Shown here: positions 10,392-28,324 of the stretch, piece after piece
How positions within the stretch are numbered: the stretch's first letter is position 1
Layout: each line of letters begins with the position of its first letter
Source: Cercozoa sp. M6MM
Taxonomy: Eukaryota; Protista; Endomyxa: Ascetosporea
NCBI GenBank assembly: GCA_040357565.1
Contig: JBDODJ010000015.1
Length of the DNA stretch: 64,000 bases
Strand: one strand, 5' to 3'
Notes under the pieces: generated by a model
Seen by the model: only the letters and a program-made list of their open reading frames with translations
Database searches by the model: none
Told to the model about the DNA's origin: nothing
Program-made: the position numbers and the translations under genes

Positions 10392-12074
10392 CTTGGTCGA
10401 CGGAATGTCCACGCAGTCGCCGATGCCGAAAACGTTGGCATGTGTCGTACTCTGCATCGTCTCCTTGTCGATCGACAAGAAACTACAGGGGGGGGGGGGG
10501 GGGAGAAAGTAGGGTAACAGGGGGCAAGGGGGGTAAAGGGTAGAGGGTACCCTGATTCGGCAGCGAGGTTGCTGTCGCGAATCAGTTTCGGCGCAGCGAG
10601 GCCCGGCACCACGTGCAGCAGATCTGTCCAGTAACACTCCCTTAACCCAGTACGTGCAGATGAGTCCATTTGTACAGGGTCATTTGTACAGATGGGTCTA
10701 TTTGTACAGATGGGTCCATTTGTACCGTAGTGCTGCTCGTGCGTTTCGCCAGTCTTGTTGTCCTTCCAGGTGGCGCGCTGATTGTCGCCGTGAATTTCGA
10801 CGAGCGAGTGCTCAAAGTGAGTCTGAATCTCGCGCTGCTCAACCACCTGCCGGGGGGGGGGGGGCAAAAGGGGTGATGCAAGGGGTAGGGTAGTAACGCA
10901 GGGTAAGGCTAGCAACGCACCTTCTCCAGCGCATCGGCGTACTTGGGAATACCGAAGATTCGCGGAATCGTCGAGTACCAGTGCACTTCGGACTTATCGC
11001 GAACGCCTGGGGAGGGGAAGGATAAGGGGTGTAAGGGTACGGGGGGGGGGGGGGGGGGGCCTACCGTTTTGACGGAAGATATCGTCGGCCAGGTACATGA
11101 CCTTCTGCGGAGCGCCGGGACACTTGTGCGGCGCGAACATAAAAGTGGCCGTGCCACCACGGAACTTTTGCAGCTGCGGTAGCGTCTGCGTCACTGACTT
11201 GGGCGAGTAGTTGCTACACTCGCACACACATGCATACTGGCTGCACGTGGCTACACCCCACGCGACTGGCCACACGGCCTACCTAATCACCGGTTGCGAC
11301 ACGTCAAACACAGCCTACACGGGGGTCAAGCGGGTAGGGATAAAGAGGTACATGGGTAGGGATAAAGAGGTACATGGGTAGGGATAAAGGGGTAGGGATA
11401 AAGGGGTAGGGGGTAAATAAAGGGGTAGGGTGGGTTGCGGGGGGGGGGGGGGTAAAGCACGAGCCTACGTCCTTCATGCCAGGCACGGCATCAAAGTCGG
11501 TCTCGCAGCCCAAGGCCACAACAAGCGCGTCGTATTGCAGCTTGTCTCCGTTGCTCAACGTGACCGTGTTCTTGTCGGCGTCGATCTCGGCCGCGCCCGC
11601 CGTGAATCGCCGAAGGTTCTTCGTGAGTTCCTGCGAGTCGCACTGCACCTCCGACATCGGCATCAGGCCGGCGCCCACCTTGGTGAAACCCGGCTGGTAA
11701 TAGTGCGTCTTGGCCGGGTCCACAATGGCCACCTGTCCGCCATCCTAAACGCACACACACACACCAAAGACTCAGACCAGTGCACACACCAGACCAAACA
11801 CCCCTGGCATACCGGGAAGCAGGTCGCCTGTAGACGCTGGGCAACAGCAGCACCGCTGAGATTCAGGCAAATACCAAAAATCACAGAAACACGAACGATT
11901 GGGGGGGGGGGGGTTAAGTGTACCCCGTGCCCGCGCCAAGAACAACGACCTTGAAGTGCTCAGAACTCGCCTGCACAGCAAATCGACCATTGTGAAACAA
12001 ATTAAATCTCACAGGTTGGATTATACCGAGAGCTGGCGAGAGCCAAGGCGCGTCACAATCTTTCGTGCTTGCAT
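10392..12074 (-). CDS. SQOR: Sulfide:quinone oxidoreductase, mitochondrial (3' end lost in the gap)
   Basis: Targeting-peptide-like MQARKIVTRLGSRQLS, then VVVLGAGTGG, HYYQPGFTKVGAG, YDALVVALG, ISNYS, KCPGAPQK, IFGIPKYADAL, LLHVVP and NVFGIGDC. Confidence 0.92.
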
Positions 12075-12187
12075 TTGTCGTAGTTCTCGCCCCTGTCGCA
12101 CAAATAAGACTCAGAACATTGCCTAATGGTCGAATGCAGACAGAACATGTTGCAATCACAAAACACATACCGTCTAAGTAAGCAAAA

Positions 12188-15100
12188 TCACCGCGTCGTA
12201 CACTTCACGTCGATTTGCGCCGGCGATTTTTGTTCTTTATTGCATGCAGAAAATCGGCGCTCTTCCGTTTTTCGGCCAACGAAAAGGCACAATGGCCAGC
12301 ACGAGGTGGCCCGACGATCAACAACGTGTCGCGAGTGGATAATTGTACTGTTCCTGTTTTTTGCTAACGTAACAACGACAACGCAAGCACTTGCCATCAA
12401 CACAATTCAGCTGTGCACTCTCCGAGCCGCGGGAAGAACTCAACCGCAACGAGTCGCTTCTGCACAAAAAGAAAAAACAATCAACAAACGAGGGGTTAGG
12501 CTAAAAGGTCGGAAAGACCTGCGTGTCGGTTTGCAACTTTCGCGCAGCCAACAGAGCGCGCAGCCAACGCGTGGCACTGTCACCGGCACTTTGAGTGTGC
12601 ACACAGTGCGTCGCATGCGCCATGGTGGCGACCTCTTGAATGCTGGCGACTTGGGCACTCACATGCCGAAGGTGCGCGATGAAATTAACGATGGAGACAG
12701 CGTGTGGCCCGAGTTCTTTAGAGGCGCGCGTGATCAAGCCTCTCCTCTGCACAAGAGCAGAAGCTTTGATTCACGACAAAAAAACGACTGCCAAGCAGCT
12801 ATCGCTACCTCGGACTCGTTGTTGACGAAAGCTTCGAACAAGAGAATTGCGACACGGCTAATCGCCTCCTTCTCCGCGTATTCGGCCTCTGTCAAATTAT
12901 ACAACTTAAGTTCCATATCACACAAAACACAGGTTTCTACCAAGCAAATCCGTCAAAGCAGTGCGCGTGATGTCAATAAAAAACTGCAGTTTTTGCAGGA
13001 GCCACAACGCGTTTATCACAGCAGGATACGCTGCTCACAATGTGGCTCAGAAATTGTTGTTGAAGAAGTGAAACACAACTTAAGTACCAGCAAGTGGCAA
13101 AAACAACAACTGCGATGCGTGTTCGTGCCGCCGCGTGTTTTGCAGTTTTTTGCTGTCGATTTCGAGTTTGAGCAACGCTTCGTCGAACTTTGGCATACTG
13201 AAATCAAAAAGCGGATCCAACAAAAACGCCCAAGCTTTAAGGATGAAAAGCAAAAGCTGTTTTCACCTCGGCGGTGAATCGAAGTTGTCGAGAGTCGGGG
13301 CGTCGTAACGCTCCTTTAAAAAGACACCAATGTCCGGAATGCCGACACTGTTGGCGAAATCTTGTCTGTTTTACAACCGAATACATCAAGAAAGCGCGAA
13401 AGTTGGAAGCGAAGGCAATACGGTTGATGTAGCGCGAGCAGAGGTCGCACGATGCAGTGCCAAGCACGAGTTGATTTTCGTTGCTGCCGCGTCGTGAGTC
13501 TCACCAGAGCGTCCAGCAGCATGGCTGTGTGCAAACAATTCGACACGAAGAGACAAAGCGGCGCCGTGATCAGAGTTTTTCCGTCCGGCGTTGGCGCACC
13601 CGTGCACAGCAAGCGTCGCGTCATCTGGTGTCGCTGTAGCCAGTACAGCCACGCGGTATCATCGCGTGCTTCTGCTCCACGAGTGTCACCACTTCGATCC
13701 GACTGACCACCGCTTAGTGACAGCAACTCGCGTATCCGCGCGGGCGCTGACAACTGCTCCTGAACGCGATCGAACTGCTCGCGCAGATTTTGCTTTTGCA
13801 GCTGCGTTTCGTGACACCTGTCGGCAGGATTTGCAGAAGTAAAGCGTGTATAGGCAGGTAGAAAGAAAAGACAACTGTACAGCAACAAACGTTGGACGTG
13901 GTGCGCACTCAGTTCGCGTTTCGCTTCGTGCCATTCTTCCAACTGTCAGACCAAGCGTCAGTAGCAAAGAGAGAAAGTTAAAGCAATATATACTTTCAGT
14001 TTTATTCGACGCGAAACAACGAAACAAGCAGCACGCGGATTCTTGTCTATGTTCAACAACCCAACCTTTCAAAAAACACGAGGTCAAAGTAATCGAAGTG
14101 AAGTACCGAGGTGACGCATGATTTTCGGTGCTTCGTTGCCGTACACCCCTGTCAAACAGTACAACCAAGAAATCACATCATCAAAGAAAAGAAAGCAATG
14201 GTTTACGGGCAATAAAGCCGATGTCAAGCGGAGACAATAGTTCGCGTGCTTGACCTCTAACTGCCACCTCAGACAGTTTCTTCAGCATGTCCTCGGCCGT
14301 GTGCAGGAGCACATCAAGCTCGAATCGCGCATCTTCCTCCTGAAATATCGCCAGTTCGGCCGCGTTCTTGGCACGAATCTACCGACACAGATACACTATC
14401 ACAACACCAATAACAAAGAAGGAATCTACCGGAAATATGTTGGTGCCGCTGACGTCTTTCGCTGACGCCAGCTGTTTCAAGAGTCAAGGACTAAATTGAA
14501 GTTTCAGAAACTAAAAACTAAAAGTACCGAATAGGAACGCAAGGTGTCATTCAAGACCGAACTGGCAATCTCTGACGACTCTTTTTTCGATGCGATCTTG
14601 TTCCACTGCACAACAACAACAAAAAAGTTAAAATAATAACTTTTGCTTCATCGAAACTGAGCGTACAGACAGCGGTAGTTGTCGATAATTCACATGTACC
14701 TTCAAACACATCACGTATTAAAAAAAAAACAAGAACAAGCCAGAGGCTACTTGAGGCAGTTTGCGCAAGAAAGGTTCGGTCAGACTGTTTGGGACAAACG
14801 TTTCCGACCAGTTCTGCTCAATGTCAATGCATGCACAATTTTTGACTTCAAAACTTCAAAAAAGAGGTACAAACGACTCCCAGCATTCGGGTACAACCGC
14901 GGCTCCAGTGCCAAACAGTGCAGTTCGTAGGTCGGAGCGAATAGCGCTCAGTCGCGTTCCACGTAGCAAACCGTCTGTTTCACAGTTTGCGAAAAATATG
15001 ATTTATTTTGAACGACTCTGTTTGGAATGCAAATCCAACTGACCAACAAGATTGGCGAATTGTGACCGAGATAGAGCTCGTCTCGCATAAGCATCGGTCT

Positions 15101-16750
15101 ACAAGAGCACTTGAAACCCAGAAAACTTGGACGAACACGCGTGTTTACCAGTCGCAAAAGAGCTGTTCTTTTCGGGATGTCTCTATGATCGGGAAATAGT
15201 GTTGAGAAACGCAGATTTCAATCAAGCAAAAGATAAAAAGTTACCGAGCAAGCGCTTCAGTCGCGCGCTGCAGTGCCGAAACGAGTGCCGCTGCCCGAAA
15301 CTGCGAGTGTTGCTCAACAAGCTTTCTCGTGGGCACTGCTTGAGTCGCCTGGACTTGAGTCGCTTCACTCGTTTCACTTGAGGTGACACGAGGCGGGCCA
15401 AGTTGCATGAGCGACAAAGCCGTCGCACGGTTGTGAGCAAACGTGGCGAGTTCCGCATGACTAGCAGGCAGCCCCGTCCGAGTTGATGGCTGATACTGTT
15501 GCCGCAAAGGCCTTTGTGGCAATTGTACAGGCTGCTGCGGAACTTGCTGCAGAACTTGCGGCGGCACCTGCGACGTCGGTTGCACAGTACTCGGTACCGG
15601 CAACTGAGCACCGTGCAAACTCAGTGTTGTCAGCACGTGCGCGAACTCGTTGATCAAGTCCTCTGCGATCTTTCATCGTTCCAACCAACAGTATTCAATG
15701 TGGAAATCAGCATACCGTGACCAGCAAACAACTGCTCCACTTTTCGTTTCGCGTCGCCAGCTGCGTGCTGCACATGTGTTCTTTCTCCGAAAATACAACA
15801 AGCAACAACAGCAACAAACAAAAAACGAACGGTCGAATTGAATTCAGTCAGAACCGAAAGAAACTTCTGCACATTTGGATTAAAGAATACATCTGTAACT
15901 GTAGCAATTCAGTACCGTATAAGTGTCGGAATTTGCAGGAAAACGCGTTGCCACTTTTTTGATGAAATCGATTGCCTTTCGCTCGGTGAAATTGCTATAT
16001 GAAGTGGCCTACACAAAGAATCGTCAAACCAATTAATTTAGTCGAAAGCTCAAGACACAAGGAAGGTACCGGCATCTGCGGAGGCGGCTGAAACACCGGC
16101 ACCTTCAACGGCACACTGCGCGAGCGTTTGGGCGCAGTCTGCGGAGGCAGCATCGTCTGCGCCACAGGTACCGTTGCCGGAATTGAGACTGCGCGTTTCC
16201 GCGGTGGTTGCGAAGTCACGTGGATTGGCGCACCACTGGTCACAGTGACCGGAAACTGCTCGCGTGGCACTGCAGGCTGAGGTGGAACTGTGCTCGGTGC
16301 AGCTGCAACTCTTGTCGGCACTTGCGCTTGAGCTGCTTCGCTTTGCGCCGTACTGTTGCTGCCGAGAAAGCGACGGAAGCCGAGTATCTATGTGTCAGAT
16401 AGACAGTAATTGCAAGCTTAAGTCGGCATCAAGCAAACGTTTTTTACGAGATCAGGGTGCTTGACAAAAAGTGATTCAATCGACACAACCACTTGATCGT
16501 CGCTCAACTGATTTTGCAAGAACTGCTGCATGATTTTCTGCAAGCAAACACCAGGCTCTGACGGATGCGAAATGCTGATACACGAAGAAAAAGACGCTCT
16601 TACCTCGAACCTTTGATAAATCTGCTGATCGTTCGGCTTTGTTGAGGCTTGAAAGCGTCGTTGCACCTCCTGCAAGAAGCGCACACCTTCTTCCTTGCGC
16701 TGCTCGGGGCTCCTGCCGACAAGCTCAAACTTTATGTGATCTGGAACCAT
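12188..16750 (-). CDS. SIN3: SIN3-like paired amphipathic helix corepressor
   Basis: PAH repeats (VRFLQEVQRRF..IYQRFEKIMQQF..VESLFVKHPDL; AIDFIKKVATRFPANSDTYTKFLSVL..VEQLFAGHEDLINEF) and an HID-like segment KNAAELAIFQEEDARFELDVLL. Both ends are approximate. Confidence 0.8.
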
Positions 16751-17091
16751 GGTATCCGTTAGTACTCTTCTGAGGCGACTGGCATCGCAGGTGGTGGCGT
16801 GGGCATGTCTAACGCTTCAACGGAGCGCCAAAGCACTCAAAAAACGTCAAAAAGAATTTATTCGCCACAGACCGATCTAGGCGACCCAAGATTCTACCAT
16901 ATCCCACTACGGCCTGCGGGTATATTCAGTGATTAGATCGCGCTCCCCAAATTCGGCTCAGATATTGAGCTGGCAGAGCCGGCAGCTTGTACTGAAGGAA
17001 GCGACATTTCCGATTTCGAGAGTCGCCACGCGTGTGCAAATTGTTCTGCTGTGGTCTTCTCTGCACAGAAGTGACTTTTAACTCAGCCGCA

Positions 17092-18584
17092 ATGAAATTT
17101 TCGGAGTATCGAGTATTGGCGCTCTTGACGGATTCTCAATTTCTGTGTGTTTCTCATTTCTATGTGCTCAGTTCGAAGACAGTGAAGAATGGCGACGCAT
17201 TGAAGGTACGTGTAGTTTTTGATTGTATGAGCGCCGTTTAATCGGCGTTGCAACAGCAAACCTCGAATTCCCGGCGGGAATGTCGGCCGACAAGCGCGCG
17301 GCCTATTTGCTGAAACGCAAGGCACGTTTCTTCAAAGCCACCGTTGATCCGTCGTTTGACGTCAGTTCGGTGACTCGTTCTTCTGCACGTGCCAAACCGG
17401 CGGAAGAACCTGCCCAAAGCATCCCAAAGAATGCGAAACGCCAACCCGAGCCGGCCGAGGATGTACCGCTCCAGTTTGTTTATTTTGAACTTGAAAACTA
17501 CTGTTAAACTTTGCTTTTGTCGAAGTTCGCACGACAGCGTCGCATTCGACTGAACTACGGAATTCTGCTGTGCGAGTTGCTTTCACTTTTGCTGGCCGTC
17601 GGCTACGTGTTTGCTCCGGCGTCGATCTCGCAGGTGAGCGTTCTTGGGTTGATTTGAGCACATTTGAGTTGAGTGAGATAGGATGGCTTTGCTTTTAGGC
17701 GTGCCACTTGCTGCACATTGCGGGATATGTGTGTGCCGTCGTACGTGATCATGGTTTGCCGCGTGGCTACTCGCTGGCCGCGTTGAAGACCTACCTGACC
17801 CAGGTGGCCGTGAATCAAGTGCGTTTCTCAGCCATCACTCGCGAGTTCGTCTACATCATGCTGTCGCCTTCGTTGTGTACTCTACCTGACTTTACTTTTA
17901 CCCTTTACCCCCCTCTCTCTGCTTTACTTTCTCCTTGTAGACAAGCTGCTGCCCGGCGCAATCGAAGCGGTGCTGTTCGCTGCGCCTGCACTGGACGCGG
18001 CACTGCCGATGCACAGCAAGCGCGTGCATGCCATGCTGCAGCCCTACCTGCGCGCTGTTGTGCCGCGTCAGTGTAGCCTCTTTTTTCAATTCGTAGATGG
18101 AGAGGGGGGGGGGGTAAAACCCTGGTGTGAGCAGCCCAGTGGCGTCTGCTGGCAGCGCAGTCGGAACTCGTCGTGTTGGGTGTGGCCATCGCTCGCGCTA
18201 TCCTGTACCGTCAGGACCTGATCGGGCTCTTTGTGCTCTCGCAATTGGTACAGAATCGCGTCCGTTTGTACCAGTGACACGTGTTTAAGGGAGTACTCAC
18301 TTTGTGTAGACACGTGTGCGTCACATGATGTCTCCGGCCTCGCGACAGGCGTGGAGCACGCTGCGACTCTCGCTGGACAAACTCGTTCTGGCTGATGCTG
18401 TTCCTGCCACCATCAAGAGCACCTACACGCGCTTCTGCGACTACCTGTACAGGTAGCACTTTCTCTCTCCCCCTTCTTCATGTCTGGCCTTGCTTAATAC
18501 AAGCAAAACAGCTGGGTCGACGTCGAGGAGATGCGAAGAGCACAGGAGCGTGCGCAGACTGCTCCCAAGTGCACCATCATGTAG
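17092..18584 (+). CDS. TMEM33/Pom33-like ER membrane protein with C-terminal CaaX (CTIM)
   Basis: Several hydrophobic segments, RVRHMMSPASRQAWSTLR (resembles the TMEM33 R-Y..S..R..F motif), and the end AQTAPKCTIM*. The start could instead be 17280. Confidence 0.6.
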
Positions 18585-18903
18585 ACGCGATCGCGAACGC
18601 CTGCTTTCGTCGACCCAGCCCAGCGCTTTGTAAACACGGAAGACCAATCAAAACGATATATAATGTTACCGCATAGGGATCAGGCCTTCGCTTGTAAATT
18701 GAGGGTACCTCGCCAGTAATATATAAAAAAAGTCTAGGAACGTAAGAAAGTCTGTTCGGTCGGGCGGCCAAGCACTGGCAGAGTTTATATTGAGTGGCTT
18801 CCGCGCGGATATAGTAGACCATGCAGTAGCAACATATAACGGAACCAAACGTAAGCTTAGCTGACGCAACTTTCCTGCACTTGTGACCTTCTGGCCATTT
18901 GAG

Positions 18904-26161
<7,258 letters not shown>

Positions 26162-26534
26162 CGCTCTGTTGTGAACAGAGAAACGAGTGGTATAGGCGCA
26201 ACTCGTCACCACAGAAAAAACTGTACCAGATTATCGGCGCTGGCGCCAAAAACACCACTGGCACAACAAGTACTATGCGAGTTTCTAGCTGTGCTCTGCC
26301 ACACAAAGGTACCAGGTACACTGGCCTGCCACCTTGCTCTATGCTGAGACTTCACTCTGTCGCTGCTGACTCAAATGATCCCGAGATTTATTGTTTTTCT
26401 CCAATCGACGCTCTGTGCGAGTGTGCCAGTGAGTGCTTGTGTGCTAACGGTGTTTTGTGGTTATAGTGAAGCTTGGAGGTCAAAATAACGTTGGTGGCGG
26501 CCACAAAAAATACAGTGACAGAAAACGCAAAAAC

Positions 26535-27077
26535 ATGAGCACAGCCTTGCCGTATGACAGTCGAATCTTTCCACTAGCGCCGCCGGAGATGAGTCTGCGG
26601 CTGTACGACTTGGTGAATCACGCGCTGCATCACGGACAGCTGAAGAAAGGCGTCAATGAGTGTGTGTTTTGTTTTTGTGTGGTTGGTGGGGGGNNNNNNN
26701 NNNNNNNNNNNNNNNNNNNNNNNNNNNNNNNNNNNNNNNNNNNNNNNNNNNNNNNNNNNNNNNNNNNNNNNNNNNNNNNNNNNNNNNNNNNNNTGACTAT
26801 AGTTTCTTGAGCAGCACTCAAGGCGGTGCAGCGCGACAGGGCGGACCTCGTGCTGATCGCTGCCGACGCAGACCCGATCTCGGTGGTACTTGAGGTGCCA
26901 ACGGAGAGTGAAGCCAAGGTCGTCACCTACGTGTTCGTGCCGTCGAAGGACATGCTTGGCCGTGCATGCGGCTTGTCAAGTCCCGTCGTGTGCTGCACCA
27001 TTCTCGCCGACCAGAAGTGGCCACTTCGCGGCACCGTTGCCAACTTTAAGACCGAGGTCGAGAAGCTTCTCATTTAA
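26535..27077 (+). CDS. SNU13: SNU13/15.5K-like L7Ae-family K-turn RNA-binding protein (divergent)
   Basis: FPLAPP..LYDLV..QLKKGVNE|ALK..LVLIAADADP..YVFVPSKDMLGRACGLSSPV..EVEKLLI*. The single intron spans the N-gap. Confidence 0.8.
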
Positions 27078-27121
27078 TTACCGATTGCTGGTTCTATTTA
27101 AACAACAAAAAAAAACTTAAG

Positions 27122-27318
27122 CGTCGGATGCCCGCTACCTGCACCGACCATGAAGTCGACTTCGGTGTCTGGGGAACGTCAAAAGGGGAGTTGTATGGTC
27201 CTACCCTAAGCAGGCGGTAGACACAGCCATTTCTCGCGACCCGCCCCCGACTGGTGCAGGGGAACTACCGTACATAGTTGGTTTCCTAGAAGACTCAACT
27301 AACTAAACGTCGGATGCC
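27122..27318 (+). mobile_element. Candidate short insertion (SINE-like or truncated non-LTR element) with an 11-bp target-site duplication
   Basis: cgtcggatgcc at 27122-27132 and 27308-27318 flanks 175 bp of GC-rich self-complementary sequence ending in aact-aact-aaa. Confidence 0.45.
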
Positions 27319-27330
27319 TGGTCGTTTGGG

Positions 27331-27860
27331 TCACGCGACCGAGAGCGCAAATGCGGTAGTCATGACGTTCATGGTGTCGTTTTCCCAACTAACGGAGCAG
27401 GACCCGTCGCGCGAGCCATCCCAGTAGCAAGTCGACGCGCTGTGGAGGCCAGCTCCATTTTTCTGCATCAGCACGCACGTGACGACGTACTTGTACGGCT
27501 TGTTTAACAGCTGCAATCCGCGCAGCGCTCCCTCAATGATCGACGTGGTCCATTCGTCGACATTTCTCTCCGTGTACATCTCATGGCCCACAACCTACCA
27601 AAACCAATATTGTTTGTGACAAGGGAAGGATTTCAGGTTTATGCTCTTCTTTCTTTTTTCGGAGTAAACTGCATTTTGTCGCATACAGTACAGTACCTGT
27701 TCGATGGCCTTGGTTATGCAACGCTTGACCTCGTCATAGTCGAACTCTTGCTACACACGAGCTGGACATGAGTTTTTCTCAAGCAGATTCTTTCGGTGGA
27801 GCGACGAGCAGTTTGCTCACAGCGACGAAAAATACTCACCTCTTCGTCCAACGTGTTCAT
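27331..27860 (-). CDS. DYNLT1: Dynein light chain Tctex-type 1
   Basis: Three exons: MNTLDEE|QEFDYDEVKRCITKAIEQ|VVGHEMY..LNKPYKYVVTCVLMQKNGAGLHSASTCYWDGSRDG. Confidence 0.93.
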
Positions 27861-28324
27861 CTGAATGGTACTAAGTGCACGTTCCTCCTTTGACAAAGCT
27901 CTATTGCCCGGATTTTGCTGATTATGGTTCTGTATTTGTAGTTTCCTGTTTCCGCGCGGAAAAAGGGATGTTCATGGTCTCCAGTTCTCAGGCCGAAGCA
28001 CGGGGTGCTAGGATACAAGCACAAGCAGATCGATGCGCAGGAAGTGGTCGTTTGTGATCTGTGATTGGTCAGATCAAATCACAGCCCATCCTCGCAAAAA
28101 TAAAACGCCCGTGACTTTTTTTCTGCGAGTGGGCGTTGATCGCCAGACAAGCTTGTTAGCAACGAAACAGTGAAAAGGACACCGAGAGAACCGCATCGGG
28201 AGCAGGTGTGCATTTTGGGTACGCGCATGTTTTTTTGACAAGTTTCTTTTGGACCCAGTGTCTCCAGAGGACGAACTTGCTTGCTTGATTGTCCGGTTGC
28301 TGTCTCTTGCAGGGCCAAGCCAAA

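Noticed and set aside
10304-11460. Interstitial telomeric repeats
   Set aside because: The G-rich units (ggggtaaa, gggtagg) are irregular, are not TTAGGG-type arrays, and are confined to introns.
12126-13277. 383-aa plus-strand ORF as a real gene
   Set aside because: It is antisense to SIN3 exons and introns and has no recognisable motifs.
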